Translations under genes and position numbers: made by a program
Shown here: piece after piece, positions 8,717 through 17,918 of the stretch
How positions within the stretch are numbered: the stretch's first letter is position 1
Layout: the number at the start of each line of letters is the position of its first letter
From: Lachnospiraceae bacterium
GTDB taxonomy: Bacteria > Bacillota > Clostridia > Lachnospirales > Lachnospiraceae
Length of the DNA: 64,000 bases
Direction: 5' to 3'
Assembly (NCBI GenBank): GCA_024682075.1
Contig: JAIKZQ010000050.1
Coordinates: forward strand, 40,718 to 104,717
Notes under the pieces: model-generated
Database searches by the model: none
Told to the model about the DNA's origin: nothing
What the model saw: the letters and a program-made list of their open reading frames with translations, nothing else

Positions 8717-10744
8717 TTACGCTGTCTCGGCGCCCTCGGTTTCCATCTTCCTGTATGCTTCGCATACCTCCTTGGGATCACCGACCATGCGGAGGATTCC
8801 CTTTTCTATCCATACGCACTTGGTACAGTTATCTAGGATGGTTCCCATGCCATGGCTCACGATAAGTACAGTTCTTCCGCTGTGGATCATTTCCTTGATC
8901 CTGGCAAGACTCTTCTTGCGGAAGAATTCATCTCCGACGCTTAGGACTTCGTCCAGTATCAGTATCTCGGCAGCATCTCCTGCTGTGGCTATGGCAAAGC
9001 CGAGCCTTGACACCATTCCGGACGAGAAGTTCTTGACCTTCTCCTCCATGAAATCCTGAAGCTCGGCAAACTCGACTATTTCGTTATAATGTTCATCAAG
9101 GAATGATTTGGAATATCCTATGATAGAGCCGTTCAGGTACACGTTTTCCCTTGCTGTCAGTTCCATATCGAATCCGGTTCCGAGCGTAAGGAGCTGAACT
9201 TTCTTTCTGTCGACTTCAACTTTTCCTGATGTGGGTTTGAGTGCACCCGACACGATCTTAAGCAGGGTACTCTTTCCTGATCCGTTTGTTCCTATGATGC
9301 CTACTATCTCTCCCTTATATACATCGAAGCTTACATGATACAGTGCAAACAGCCTTCTGTAAGAGATATTTCTCTTGAGCATCTGGATAATGTAATCCTT
9401 AAGTCCCGAAGGGTTATATGCCGCAAGATGGAATTCCATTGTGACATCTTCTATTGATATAACCTTATCTCTTTCAATAGTCAGAAATTCACCGGGGAAC
9501 ACATACTCTTCTTCACCGGATTCAGATTCGTCACCTGCATTATGTGATACATTCTCAAGTGCATTGTTTTCACCGGCAATCTCTGCTGCGCCGGATTCAG
9601 GTTCTTCATTCTGTGCATTTTCAGCCCCCGACTCAGTCTGCGCATGCACAGTATTACTTTCCGGTTCATCACTGTCGGTGAACTCATCGGAATAATCTTC
9701 CTTCTCCTCCTCCTTTTCGAACCAGATTCCGTTTTCTTCGAATTCTCCTCCAAAATACTTCTCATACAGTTCGCGTCTTCTTCTCTTGACCTTCAGTTCA
9801 TATCTGGACTGACAGAATCCGATCATCAAAAGAAGAAATGCAATGACAAGGATATAGACCCATACTTCGGTATGATGATAAAGCCATGGCTCAGAGTCCG
9901 GTGTTTCATCGGGCCCATCCTGTGACTGCGTATCGGCATCCACGGGCATGCTGTCTCCACCATCTGAAACCTCCGCATCAGTTTCATCAGGCTTCACATC
10001 CGCGTCCCCGGCATCTGAGAGATCCTGATCGTCCGGGCCGGTAACAGCTGTTTGATTTTCTTCCGTCCCGGGCTCTTCAATGCTCTGCTCATCATCCGCC
10101 TGATCATCCGTCCGGCCATCCGCATCTTCATGCTCCTGCCGATCATCAGCTTCATTTTCATCCTGTCCGCTGTCTGCATCCTGCTGAGTGTCTGCGTCAT
10201 GACCGCCATCCGCATCAGTCTGATCCTGCACGGTCTCCACAGGCTTTGTGATGGTTACAGGTGCAATGTCATCTTCGGCAAATACACACTCCTCGGCAGG
10301 GGCCTCCGGAATGATCGTTCCATCTTCTAGAACAGTTTCGGGATGCGGATAAGTGAATACATACTGCGGTGAAAGACATATTCCCGTTACGCCCTCCATT
10401 CTGGGCTCGAACACAAGCATATACTTCTGTTTATTAAGTCCGTTCCCGACTTCATCCACGAGATAGATCAGGCCGCTTTCGGTATCGGCAAAGGAACCTC
10501 CGCCTTTGTACTCGAGAATGTTCGGATCATATCCGATCATGACACAGTGGGCTCCGACTCCTTCATCGCATCTGATAAAAATGCCTACGTTAAAGTCACT
10601 TCCCGTCTCTATCTCATAGGAAGCAGAACCGCAGTAGATAACTGCCTCTGCGGCAAGGACGTGGATATTCGGTTTTAGGATCATGAGGATCATCGCCAGA
10701 AGGGCCGGCATCATCCTCCGAATTCTAATCCGCATTTTCATCAC
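8717..10744 (-). CDS. wzt: Wzt/TagH-type polysaccharide ABC exporter ATPase fused to signal peptide, cohesin-like domain, acidic linker and TM helix
   Basis: C-terminal about 250 aa carry Walker A GTNGSGKST, FSSGM signature, ILILDE and VSH. The N-terminus has a signal-like peptide ending VLA-A, a beta-rich domain with GYDPNILEY, a D/E-rich linker and the hydrophobic helix VWVYILVIAFLLLMIGFC. Confidence 0.82.
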   Translation of the reverse strand: MMKMRIRIRRMMPALLAMILMILKPNIHVLAAEAVIYCGSASYEIETGSDFNVGIFIRCDEGVGAHCVMIGYDPNILEYKGGGSFADTESGLIYLVDEVGNGLNKQKYMLVFEPRMEGVTGICLSPQYVFTYPHPETVLEDGTIIPEAPAEECVFAEDDIAPVTITKPVETVQDQTDADGGHDADTQQDADSGQDENEADDRQEHEDADGRTDDQADDEQSIEEPGTEENQTAVTGPDDQDLSDAGDADVKPDETDAEVSDGGDSMPVDADTQSQDGPDETPDSEPWLYHHTEVWVYILVIAFLLLMIGFCQSRYELKVKRRRRELYEKYFGGEFEENGIWFEKEEEKEDYSDEFTDSDEPESNTVHAQTESGAENAQNEEPESGAAEIAGENNALENVSHNAGDESESGEEEYVFPGEFLTIERDKVISIEDVTMEFHLAAYNPSGLKDYIIQMLKRNISYRRLFALYHVSFDVYKGEIVGIIGTNGSGKSTLLKIVSGALKPTSGKVEVDRKKVQLLTLGTGFDMELTARENVYLNGSIIGYSKSFLDEHYNEIVEFAELQDFMEEKVKNFSSGMVSRLGFAIATAGDAAEILILDEVLSVGDEFFRKKSLARIKEMIHSGRTVLIVSHGMGTILDNCTKCVWIEKGILRMVGDPKEVCEAYRKMETEGAETA

Positions 10745-10789
10745 TCGTTAACGCAACACACATAAACTGTCATTCATAAAACAAAATGA

Positions 10790-11569
10790 TCATAGCGTCT
10801 GCATGATCTTGTTTTCTTTAACCTTAAAAACAGCAAGTCCGATTCCCATGCTGATGACGCTCCATATCCCGAGCCTTAGCCAGACCCAGGCTTCAGGCAC
10901 TCTTCCGTACATCACGCATTCTCTGGCAAAGTGGATCAGCAGATAGATGGGGTTCAGATTTACGACCTTCTGCATATTATCGGACAGGCTTGTGACAGGA
11001 TAAAATACTGCAGACATATACATCAGCACACGCAGCACGACGCTGTACAGGTATTTGATGTCTGCAAAAAACACATATTCAGTTGCAAGCAGATAACTGA
11101 ATCCTATCGAAATGATCAGAGCAAAGAGCACTCCGACAGGAAACAGAAGCATTGTCACTGAAGGATGTACCCGGAATATCATGAGCATCAGGATATAAGG
11201 TATGCAGGTGTATCCGAAATTCACAAGAGCCGTATATACTCTCGACAAAATGAAAGTGTGCTTGGGAAGCTTTGCCTTGATCAGAAGAGTTTTATTATCC
11301 ACCAGTGCCGTCATGGCCGAATTGGATGCAGTATCGAAAAGAGTCCAGATGATCTGTCCGGTAAGATAATAGATGGGGAAATTCTCAATATTTCTGCTGA
11401 ACATTTTAGAGAATATGAGTGACATCACCACCATCATCAGAAGAGGATTGAGAACGCTCCAGATAATGCCGAGTGAACTTCTTGCATATTTTCTTTTGAT
11501 CTCCCTGGAAGTCAGTTCGCTTATTACAAACGCATATTGCGCTATTCCGCTTTTCTTTTTATCTTCCAC
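10790..11569 (-). CDS. wzm: ABC-2 type polysaccharide export permease (Wzm/TagG)
   Basis: REIKRKYARSSLGIIWSVLNPL, six TM segments and NLNPIY; lies directly upstream of the Wzt-like gene. Confidence 0.9.
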   Translation of the reverse strand: MEDKKKSGIAQYAFVISELTSREIKRKYARSSLGIIWSVLNPLLMMVVMSLIFSKMFSRNIENFPIYYLTGQIIWTLFDTASNSAMTALVDNKTLLIKAKLPKHTFILSRVYTALVNFGYTCIPYILMLMIFRVHPSVTMLLFPVGVLFALIISIGFSYLLATEYVFFADIKYLYSVVLRVLMYMSAVFYPVTSLSDNMQKVVNLNPIYLLIHFARECVMYGRVPEAWVWLRLGIWSVISMGIGLAVFKVKENKIMQTL

Positions 11570-12989
11570 GCTTTACACCTGACTTTCTGACTTCAGTCAA
11601 TATTTTGGATCTTCTCTCGGACCTTAAGTACCTTCCGGCTTTTGACGCTTCTCCCTTGCAGGCATTTACTATCGAACCTTCAGGCCATCCGCTTTCAGGG
11701 AGCGAGCCATTTTTCATTCCGCATTTGATGCGAAGCTTATTCATCAGCCGATTGGCGGACAGATCCGATTCGTCCCACTTTTCGGCAAGGTCCTTCATGT
11801 CATTTTCAAGGACGTCGTCACAGAACTTCATCTTTCCAAAGCAAGACGCCTCCTCACAGGACGGCTCACTCATGCATAGAGATAACAGATCCTCGCACAT
11901 CCTCTCCAACTTTGAAAGGCACGCACTGCTTTCCGTTAAAGATGTCCCCTCAGCCAGTCTCCCTGCATCTTTCAGGAGTATTTCCTCATATCTCACGATC
12001 GCATCCTTATTGGGATTTCCTTCTTCCGAGGTGACGGGAATTATCTTTCCGCTGCCATCGTGAATATAACCGGTTGTAAGTCCTTCAGGCGCAGAACACA
12101 CTGCTTCGAAAAGACATATTGAAAACCGTGATCTTCTCCGGATGTTCTTAATTGACAGATCAGGAGATATGTAATAACTGTGATATCTGCTGCTGTCCGT
12201 TCCCGCGGGAAGACTGTACAGGCCGAAATAATATCCCTCAAGTTCAGACCCGGTATCCTTAGGCCATGTAATAAGCCTGTCCAGGCTTTTCTGAACCGTT
12301 CCTATCCATCCGCTGTCAACTATGGCGATCCCTCTGCCGAATCCTTCTTTCATTCCTTCCTGCGCAAGGTAATCCTGAAGGATCTGCCATTTACCTGATG
12401 CATGTTTTTTTACAATCTCAAAGAATTCCGGAACGTTTCTCAGCCTTTCTTTCAGATCGCATATCTTACGATAATCCAGCACATCATCGATACGGCCTGA
12501 CATCTCCGTCTTTGAAGCGATGTAATCCGTCTCCTCATCTTCAAGACTGGCACGCTTCATCATCTTGCGAAATGTCATGCCAAGTCCGCCGGTGCAGATA
12601 GTATCCATGCACTTTTCCCCGGATATGAAATATTCGGCACTCCTCAGGCTGAATCTCGAAACCGACATATATGTCAGTTTGATATCCGGTGCGATCACCG
12701 GAGCAAGCAGAAGTGCAGCCTTATAGAACAGATATCCGTCTCTTGCGAGAAATACAAGCTTCCCGATGCCCCGTTCATGTGCATCATTCAACACATACAG
12801 GACATATGAAAAAATGACCGGTGCAAATACATGTCCAAAAACAGCAATATCTGCTCCGGCCACATCAAGTGACTGATCAGGTCCCTCAGGATATGGACTT
12901 AAGTTTTCCCTGAATAACGGAACCCTGTTCACAATATTCCGGTATCTGTTCAAACGTTCTTCGAAGTTCATGATCCGGCGTATATGCAT
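11559..12989 (-). CDS. Conserved polysaccharide-locus protein resembling the C-terminal part of HAD-annotated proteins; start uncertain (12989 or 12971)
   Basis: FLARDGYL, VSRFSL and VDSGWIGTVQ motifs; I see no N-terminal DxDxT HAD motif. Confidence 0.6.
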   Translation of the reverse strand: MHIRRIMNFEERLNRYRNIVNRVPLFRENLSPYPEGPDQSLDVAGADIAVFGHVFAPVIFSYVLYVLNDAHERGIGKLVFLARDGYLFYKAALLLAPVIAPDIKLTYMSVSRFSLRSAEYFISGEKCMDTICTGGLGMTFRKMMKRASLEDEETDYIASKTEMSGRIDDVLDYRKICDLKERLRNVPEFFEIVKKHASGKWQILQDYLAQEGMKEGFGRGIAIVDSGWIGTVQKSLDRLITWPKDTGSELEGYYFGLYSLPAGTDSSRYHSYYISPDLSIKNIRRRSRFSICLFEAVCSAPEGLTTGYIHDGSGKIIPVTSEEGNPNKDAIVRYEEILLKDAGRLAEGTSLTESSACLSKLERMCEDLLSLCMSEPSCEEASCFGKMKFCDDVLENDMKDLAEKWDESDLSANRLMNKLRIKCGMKNGSLPESGWPEGSIVNACKGEASKAGRYLRSERRSKILTEVRKSGVKRGR

Positions 12990-13818
12990 TCTCCCTGATC
13001 TCTTTTGCCATTCTTCCTTCGGTTCGTTTAACCAGCCCGATCAGGGAAGGAGGCACCGCGCACGCTGCAATGGGTCTGATCACATACAGCCACCCGAGAG
13101 GAAACAGCATGCCCATCTTCTTAAAACCCTGGTATCTGATCCTTGCCTCGCACACTCTGTATCTTATTGTTCTTTTGTGATAGGACTTTTTTGTTTCGCG
13201 ATATCTGAAAAGAGCATCCTGAAGATTGTATCCTTTCAGACCTTTATCAGATAAGTTCATGAACATCTCGTAATCCTCACACCGAAGTGTTTCTTCGGAT
13301 TCGAGATATCCGTTTTCCTCATTAAAGATCTCGCCCCGGAACATCACGGAAGGGTGAATGAAGGGCGAATATTTATAATAATCTCTTTTTTCGGGGATTT
13401 CGGGCATCTGCCTGTATCCCCAGGTGCCGTCCTCATCAAACAGCTCGGCCGCAGAACCGCACCATGAATATTCTTTGTTTGATTCCAGAAATCCGACCTG
13501 TTTTTCAAATCTGTCGGGAAGGCTCTCATCGTCAGCATCCATCCTGGCAATGTATCTGCCCCTTGCCATCTTGATGCACTCATTCAGGGAAAAAGCAAGT
13601 CCTCTGTTTTCATCGCATCCGGCAAGTCTGATCCTCGGGTCCATGGAGGGGAGCTTATTAAGAAGTTCCAATGCCCCGGCATCAGAACCGTCATTCCAGA
13701 TGATGAATTCAAAATCCCCGCATGTCTGCGCAAGGACCGAATTCACGGCTCTTTCGAGAGCCTCTGTATCCCATTGGTTGTGCACCCCCATGATAACGGA
13801 GATCAACGGATCACTCAC
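12886..13818 (-). CDS. GT2 glycosyltransferase
   Basis: ISVIMGVHN, WNDGSD, YIARMDADD, HPSVMFR and CEDYE. Confidence 0.9.
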   Translation of the reverse strand: MSDPLISVIMGVHNQWDTEALERAVNSVLAQTCGDFEFIIWNDGSDAGALELLNKLPSMDPRIRLAGCDENRGLAFSLNECIKMARGRYIARMDADDESLPDRFEKQVGFLESNKEYSWCGSAAELFDEDGTWGYRQMPEIPEKRDYYKYSPFIHPSVMFRGEIFNEENGYLESEETLRCEDYEMFMNLSDKGLKGYNLQDALFRYRETKKSYHKRTIRYRVCEARIRYQGFKKMGMLFPLGWLYVIRPIAACAVPPSLIGLVKRTEGRMAKEIRENAYTPDHELRRTFEQIPEYCEQGSVIQGKLKSIS

Positions 13819-13822
13819 TTTA

Positions 13823-14974
13823 TTATTTCCCCACCCTCATGATCGCGTCCTCATATATCGGACGCATGCTTTTTCTGATCTCATCAGTTGTGAACTTCAG
13901 AGCTGAATCCCTGCACAAGGCAGAGTAACGCTCCAGCATTTCCTTATCCTCGGCAAAACGGTTTATCGCCTCGGCATATTCTATGGCACTCCCGGAGCGG
14001 CATATTATGGAATTACCGCCATCGACCGCATACTCCCTGATGCCTCTGGTATCCGATGCGATCAGAGGAACTCCGGACAATAGAGCCTCCACTGCCGCAA
14101 CGCCAAATCCCTCCCTCTTGGAAGGAAAAGCGAACACATCGGCTGTCTGAAGGATCTCCTCCATGTCGGTCCTGTATCCGAGAAGTCTTACCCTGTCCGA
14201 AAGATCGTATTTTCCGATCAGCTCCTTCAGCTTTTCTTCATTCGGACCTTTTCCGCAGATGCTGTAATATATCCTGTCAGACTTGATCGCAGCGATCGCT
14301 TCTATGATCACTTTCTGATTCTTGTTGTCATTAAGTTCGGCGGCGGTGACGATATGAAACGCATCAGCCGGAACCTCTATTTCTTTTCTCTTGGACTCCC
14401 TGATCTCAGGTCTGGGGCGGAATCTGTCGGGATCAACGCCCACTCCGTGGATCTGGGAAACATTCCATTTTTTCCTGACGTGGAATTTCACGGCTCTGAG
14501 ATAATCTTCACGATTTATTGTTATTATCCTGTCGGTCCACCTTGCGAGAAATTTCTCCGCAGGATAATACAGCAGCCAGTTTTTCAGCGGAGCACCGTCG
14601 TAGAAATGAAATCCGTGTGCCGTATATATCACATACGGATGCCTCTTGCTGAATCTTGCAGCAGCCCTTGCCACCACGCCGCCCATCGGGTTATGGCAAT
14701 GGATCATGTCTATCTCTTCTCTGTCAATGATGCGTCTTAACGAAACAAATGCCCGAAAGTTATCGAAAAACCTTGCCGGATTTTTCTTCACGCTTATCCT
14801 GTGAAGCTTTATTCCTTTTTTTATAAGAGCATCCTGATCGAACGGATAAATGGAATTTTCAAAATCGGATGCATAATGAATATTGCAGCCGAGTTCTTCC
14901 GCCAGTTCGACATCGCTCATCTCGAACTGCGGAAGAAAACCACTGATTGTAGTAACGAACAAAAGATTTGTCAT
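13823..14974 (-). CDS. GT4 glycosyltransferase (EpsD-like)
   Basis: HCHNPMGG, YTAHGFHFY, ELNDNKNQ and FPSKREGFGVAAVEA. Confidence 0.9.
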   Translation of the reverse strand: MTNLLFVTTISGFLPQFEMSDVELAEELGCNIHYASDFENSIYPFDQDALIKKGIKLHRISVKKNPARFFDNFRAFVSLRRIIDREEIDMIHCHNPMGGVVARAAARFSKRHPYVIYTAHGFHFYDGAPLKNWLLYYPAEKFLARWTDRIITINREDYLRAVKFHVRKKWNVSQIHGVGVDPDRFRPRPEIRESKRKEIEVPADAFHIVTAAELNDNKNQKVIIEAIAAIKSDRIYYSICGKGPNEEKLKELIGKYDLSDRVRLLGYRTDMEEILQTADVFAFPSKREGFGVAAVEALLSGVPLIASDTRGIREYAVDGGNSIICRSGSAIEYAEAINRFAEDKEMLERYSALCRDSALKFTTDEIRKSMRPIYEDAIMRVGK

Positions 14975-15657
14975 GCCCTGCGGAATTTTCTGAAAGCAAA
15001 TGCTGCACCGGTCAGGGATGCGAGTGCCAGTATCCAGAGAACGGATGATGAAGCACCGGTTCTGGGTGACTGCGCAGGTGAAGAACCGGATACTCTGACA
15101 ATGGAGATGGGTGAGAAGTTAGCCATTCTGAAAGTGATGACTCCGTCGGTCAGGCAGATTCCCCTGATGAGTTCCCAGGTAGTTCCGTTATAGTGAAGGA
15201 TGACAAGATTGTCGCCGGCCTTTACATAGGGATTGCTTACAACGATCGTGTACATTCCGTCGCTGTCGGGCACTGCAGTGGTCCTGTCTATGTCAACTGT
15301 GGCAAGGATCTCAGCCGTAACGGTTGCTCCCTGAGTTGTAGCTGCTGCCTGAAGGTTTGCGTCGCCCAGGAATGCTCCGAGTGCGGCAACATCCCTGAGG
15401 ATGAGGTTCTGTACAGCTACCTTTGCAGCATCAGCGGTTGTCTTTGATACCACTTCAACCTTATAACCATCGGATGTTTTGGTAATGTTCACGTAAGTGT
15501 CGGGATCTGCAGTCTCGGACACATATGTGATCGCGGTCTGTGTAGCTACAGGTGCCTGTACGGTATCCGGAGTGGGTGATCCTGCTGCAAGGGCAGTTAT
15601 GGAACTCATCATCGTCATCACCGCAACAGACATAAGTGCCAAAATCTTCTTTTTCAT
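14971..15657 (-). CDS. Sortase-anchored cell-surface protein (SPRTG sorting signal)
   Basis: N-terminal signal peptide; C-terminal QSPRTG, hydrophobic stretch and RKFRRA tail; Thr/Ala-rich; stop codon overlaps the next ATG (ATGA at 14971-14974). Confidence 0.82.
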   Translation of the reverse strand: MKKKILALMSVAVMTMMSSITALAAGSPTPDTVQAPVATQTAITYVSETADPDTYVNITKTSDGYKVEVVSKTTADAAKVAVQNLILRDVAALGAFLGDANLQAAATTQGATVTAEILATVDIDRTTAVPDSDGMYTIVVSNPYVKAGDNLVILHYNGTTWELIRGICLTDGVITFRMANFSPISIVRVSGSSPAQSPRTGASSSVLWILALASLTGAAFAFRKFRRA

Positions 15658-15744
15658 TTATGAATCCTCCTTCATAATAATTCTCTTCATATATATCAAG
15701 CAGAAATTCTTCTGCGGGATATCATAATGACACGGTCGTCATTT

Positions 15745-16854
15745 TCAATAGCTTGTCACCGGCTCGTAAAACAGGTCAACGATAAGTCTCTGCAGTGCTT
15801 CGTCATCAACATAATACTCTTCAAAATCGTTGCCCATTACCGTTTCTCCCGGAACAGTGTACAAATAATCAGCGTCAAATTCATACTCCATTGTCTCGGA
15901 TATAAGATAGGTGTAACTGCTCAGATTAAGATCAGTTACCATATATTTCTGGAGAAGCTGAAACAGTTCAACCGCTGCATTTACATCTCCGTTCACACAT
16001 TCTCTTGCTCTTGCGGCAAAGCAGGTCAGATACTGCTTCTGTCGTTCAAGTCTCAGTGCGTTCGAGTTGAATACATTTTCATTCCTGAGCCTTACGTACC
16101 AGTAAGCCTTCTCTCCCATGAGCGTGACAGTATCACCCTGATGAAGATCCATCTCATATTCGGGATAGATGATGTCATCGAGCACCTCCACGGTCACTCC
16201 GCCAACAGCATCATTAAGTTCCGGGATCGAATCCATGCTCACCGCTGCATATGCATGGATCGGAATGTTATAGAACATTCTCGAGACTGCTCTGACCTGA
16301 TGCTGAGCACATTCTGCCTGGTCGGAGCCGTATCCGTGCTGCAGTGCGATCTGCTGGGTAAATAGGCCTTTGTAATTCCCTTCCTTATCCCACACGTCAA
16401 CTTCGGCCATTGAATTTCTGTTTATTCCCACAACCCGAACGGTTTCATCATGAGGGTTCAGCAGCAGCAGGAAAAGTGCATCGGCCTGACCGCCGGTATT
16501 ATTTGATCCTTCTTCGGCGGTCCAGCTCTGTCCGCCGATCTCCAGTGCGGTCTCTTTGTCTATTCCCATCACAAGGATGCAGATCAGATCAGCATTGGGA
16601 ATGTATTCAACACCGTCCATTGTGACGTGTCCGTCAGCAAGACCGCTTATTCCCGCATTCCCGGCAAGACTTTCACTAACTATCACGTGAGATGTTTCAA
16701 GTCCCTCAACAGGTTTATGCAGGCTCCTTCCGCCGATCGTTTTCAGGACGATGAATATCCCGAAAATGATAAAAGCGATCATAAGGAGCGTAAGCACCAT
16801 TACTCCGCCGGCACTGCGTTTTTTCTTTTCTGTAATAACCTTATCTTCAAGCAT
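15745..16854 (-). CDS. LCP (LytR-CpsA-Psr) family glycopolymer-phosphate transferase
   Basis: N-terminal TM; ILVMGID, GQADAL, INRNS, LNDAVGGVTV and YVRLR...RLERQKQY. Confidence 0.88.
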   Translation of the reverse strand: MLEDKVITEKKKRSAGGVMVLTLLMIAFIIFGIFIVLKTIGGRSLHKPVEGLETSHVIVSESLAGNAGISGLADGHVTMDGVEYIPNADLICILVMGIDKETALEIGGQSWTAEEGSNNTGGQADALFLLLLNPHDETVRVVGINRNSMAEVDVWDKEGNYKGLFTQQIALQHGYGSDQAECAQHQVRAVSRMFYNIPIHAYAAVSMDSIPELNDAVGGVTVEVLDDIIYPEYEMDLHQGDTVTLMGEKAYWYVRLRNENVFNSNALRLERQKQYLTCFAARARECVNGDVNAAVELFQLLQKYMVTDLNLSSYTYLISETMEYEFDADYLYTVPGETVMGNDFEEYYVDDEALQRLIVDLFYEPVTSY

Positions 16855-16863
16855 TCGTTTTCA

Positions 16864-17793
16864 TCACGGATTCAAAAGGACTCCGACGACCAGAAATCTC
16901 TTTGAAGCATCATGGTTAACAGTGCAGGTCGAGAGAGTAATGAGCCTGTCATCCACATCCGGCTCTATATCATGACGGATGTTGGCCGGATAAGGGCTGG
17001 TGGAATCCATATTTTCTATATTTCTGATGTACTGTGCAAACACATACTCATTCGACACATCAAAATTCAGCAAAAGGTGGATCGAGACATATTCATATGC
17101 GGCGAAGATCTCATACACCAGTTCTCTTCCGTCCTCAGTGTATATGTAGATATAGTGAGGCTCTTCCACCATCTGAGGATCCGCGAAATTATGCAGCGTG
17201 GAAAACATCGTGTCGTTATCCATGTTGTGTCCGTAGATCACCGTGTTGGGATCGGTAAAATCCCTGCTGTTGTAATTCTCCGTATATATCACGCCCGGAA
17301 AGCCGTATGATCCGTCCAGGTTGTGATTGAGATAATACTCATTGTTCGAAGGATGCTGCAGGACAGGATAGTCAACGCATGTCCCCGGCACATATATCCA
17401 CGCATAAATATCCGGATTGGTCTGATGAAGCTTATCCCAGTCAAGTTCTCTGACAGGAGCTTCGGGAATATCCGATGCGTCTCCGTCATCAGAGATTTCA
17501 TCACTCCCCTGTTCCGATGCATTCTCCGAGTTCTCTCCCTGCGCGGCAGCTTCCATGAGCCCCTCGGGAGACAGACCGCCGGTCGTCCTATCATCCGCTC
17601 CTTCCGAAACTTCGGCTGCGGATCCTGCGCCTTCTGTACTCGCTTCCTGAGCCAGCTGTTCATACGCCGCACGCCGGGCATTTTCATTCTTTTCACGTAT
17701 CACGGATGCTATCACGCAAAAAGCCCCGACACACAGCAGCCAGGCAGCAATGGCAAGCCACAGTATTTTTTTTCGGAAGTCATTATTTTCCAT
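16864..17793 (-). CDS. srtB: Class B sortase
   Basis: N-terminal TM; NPDIYAWIYVPGT, IYGHNM (His), TLSTCT (Cys) and RFLVVG (Arg). Confidence 0.92.
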   Translation of the reverse strand: MENNDFRKKILWLAIAAWLLCVGAFCVIASVIREKNENARRAAYEQLAQEASTEGAGSAAEVSEGADDRTTGGLSPEGLMEAAAQGENSENASEQGSDEISDDGDASDIPEAPVRELDWDKLHQTNPDIYAWIYVPGTCVDYPVLQHPSNNEYYLNHNLDGSYGFPGVIYTENYNSRDFTDPNTVIYGHNMDNDTMFSTLHNFADPQMVEEPHYIYIYTEDGRELVYEIFAAYEYVSIHLLLNFDVSNEYVFAQYIRNIENMDSTSPYPANIRHDIEPDVDDRLITLSTCTVNHDASKRFLVVGVLLNP

Positions 17794-17918
17794 AATTTAT
17801 TGCAAACTACACCTCAATATATTATATAACATATACTATTCAAAAGAAATGCTTATTTTTCGGGGGATGTCCACTGTTCGTTTGACTAAAAACAGAGCAC
17901 TGATATATTATTCTATCT

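Noticed and set aside
8587-8781. 64-aa minus-strand ORF overlapping the wzt end at the GC boundary
   Set aside because: It has no RBS or recognisable motif, and its start lies inside wzt. It could be a gene remnant, but I cannot support that.
9480-10260. Repetitive catcc/tcatc-rich DNA that could suggest a repeat array or CRISPR
   Set aside because: There is no constant repeat-spacer period. It is low-complexity coding sequence for D/E-rich linkers of the Wzt fusion.
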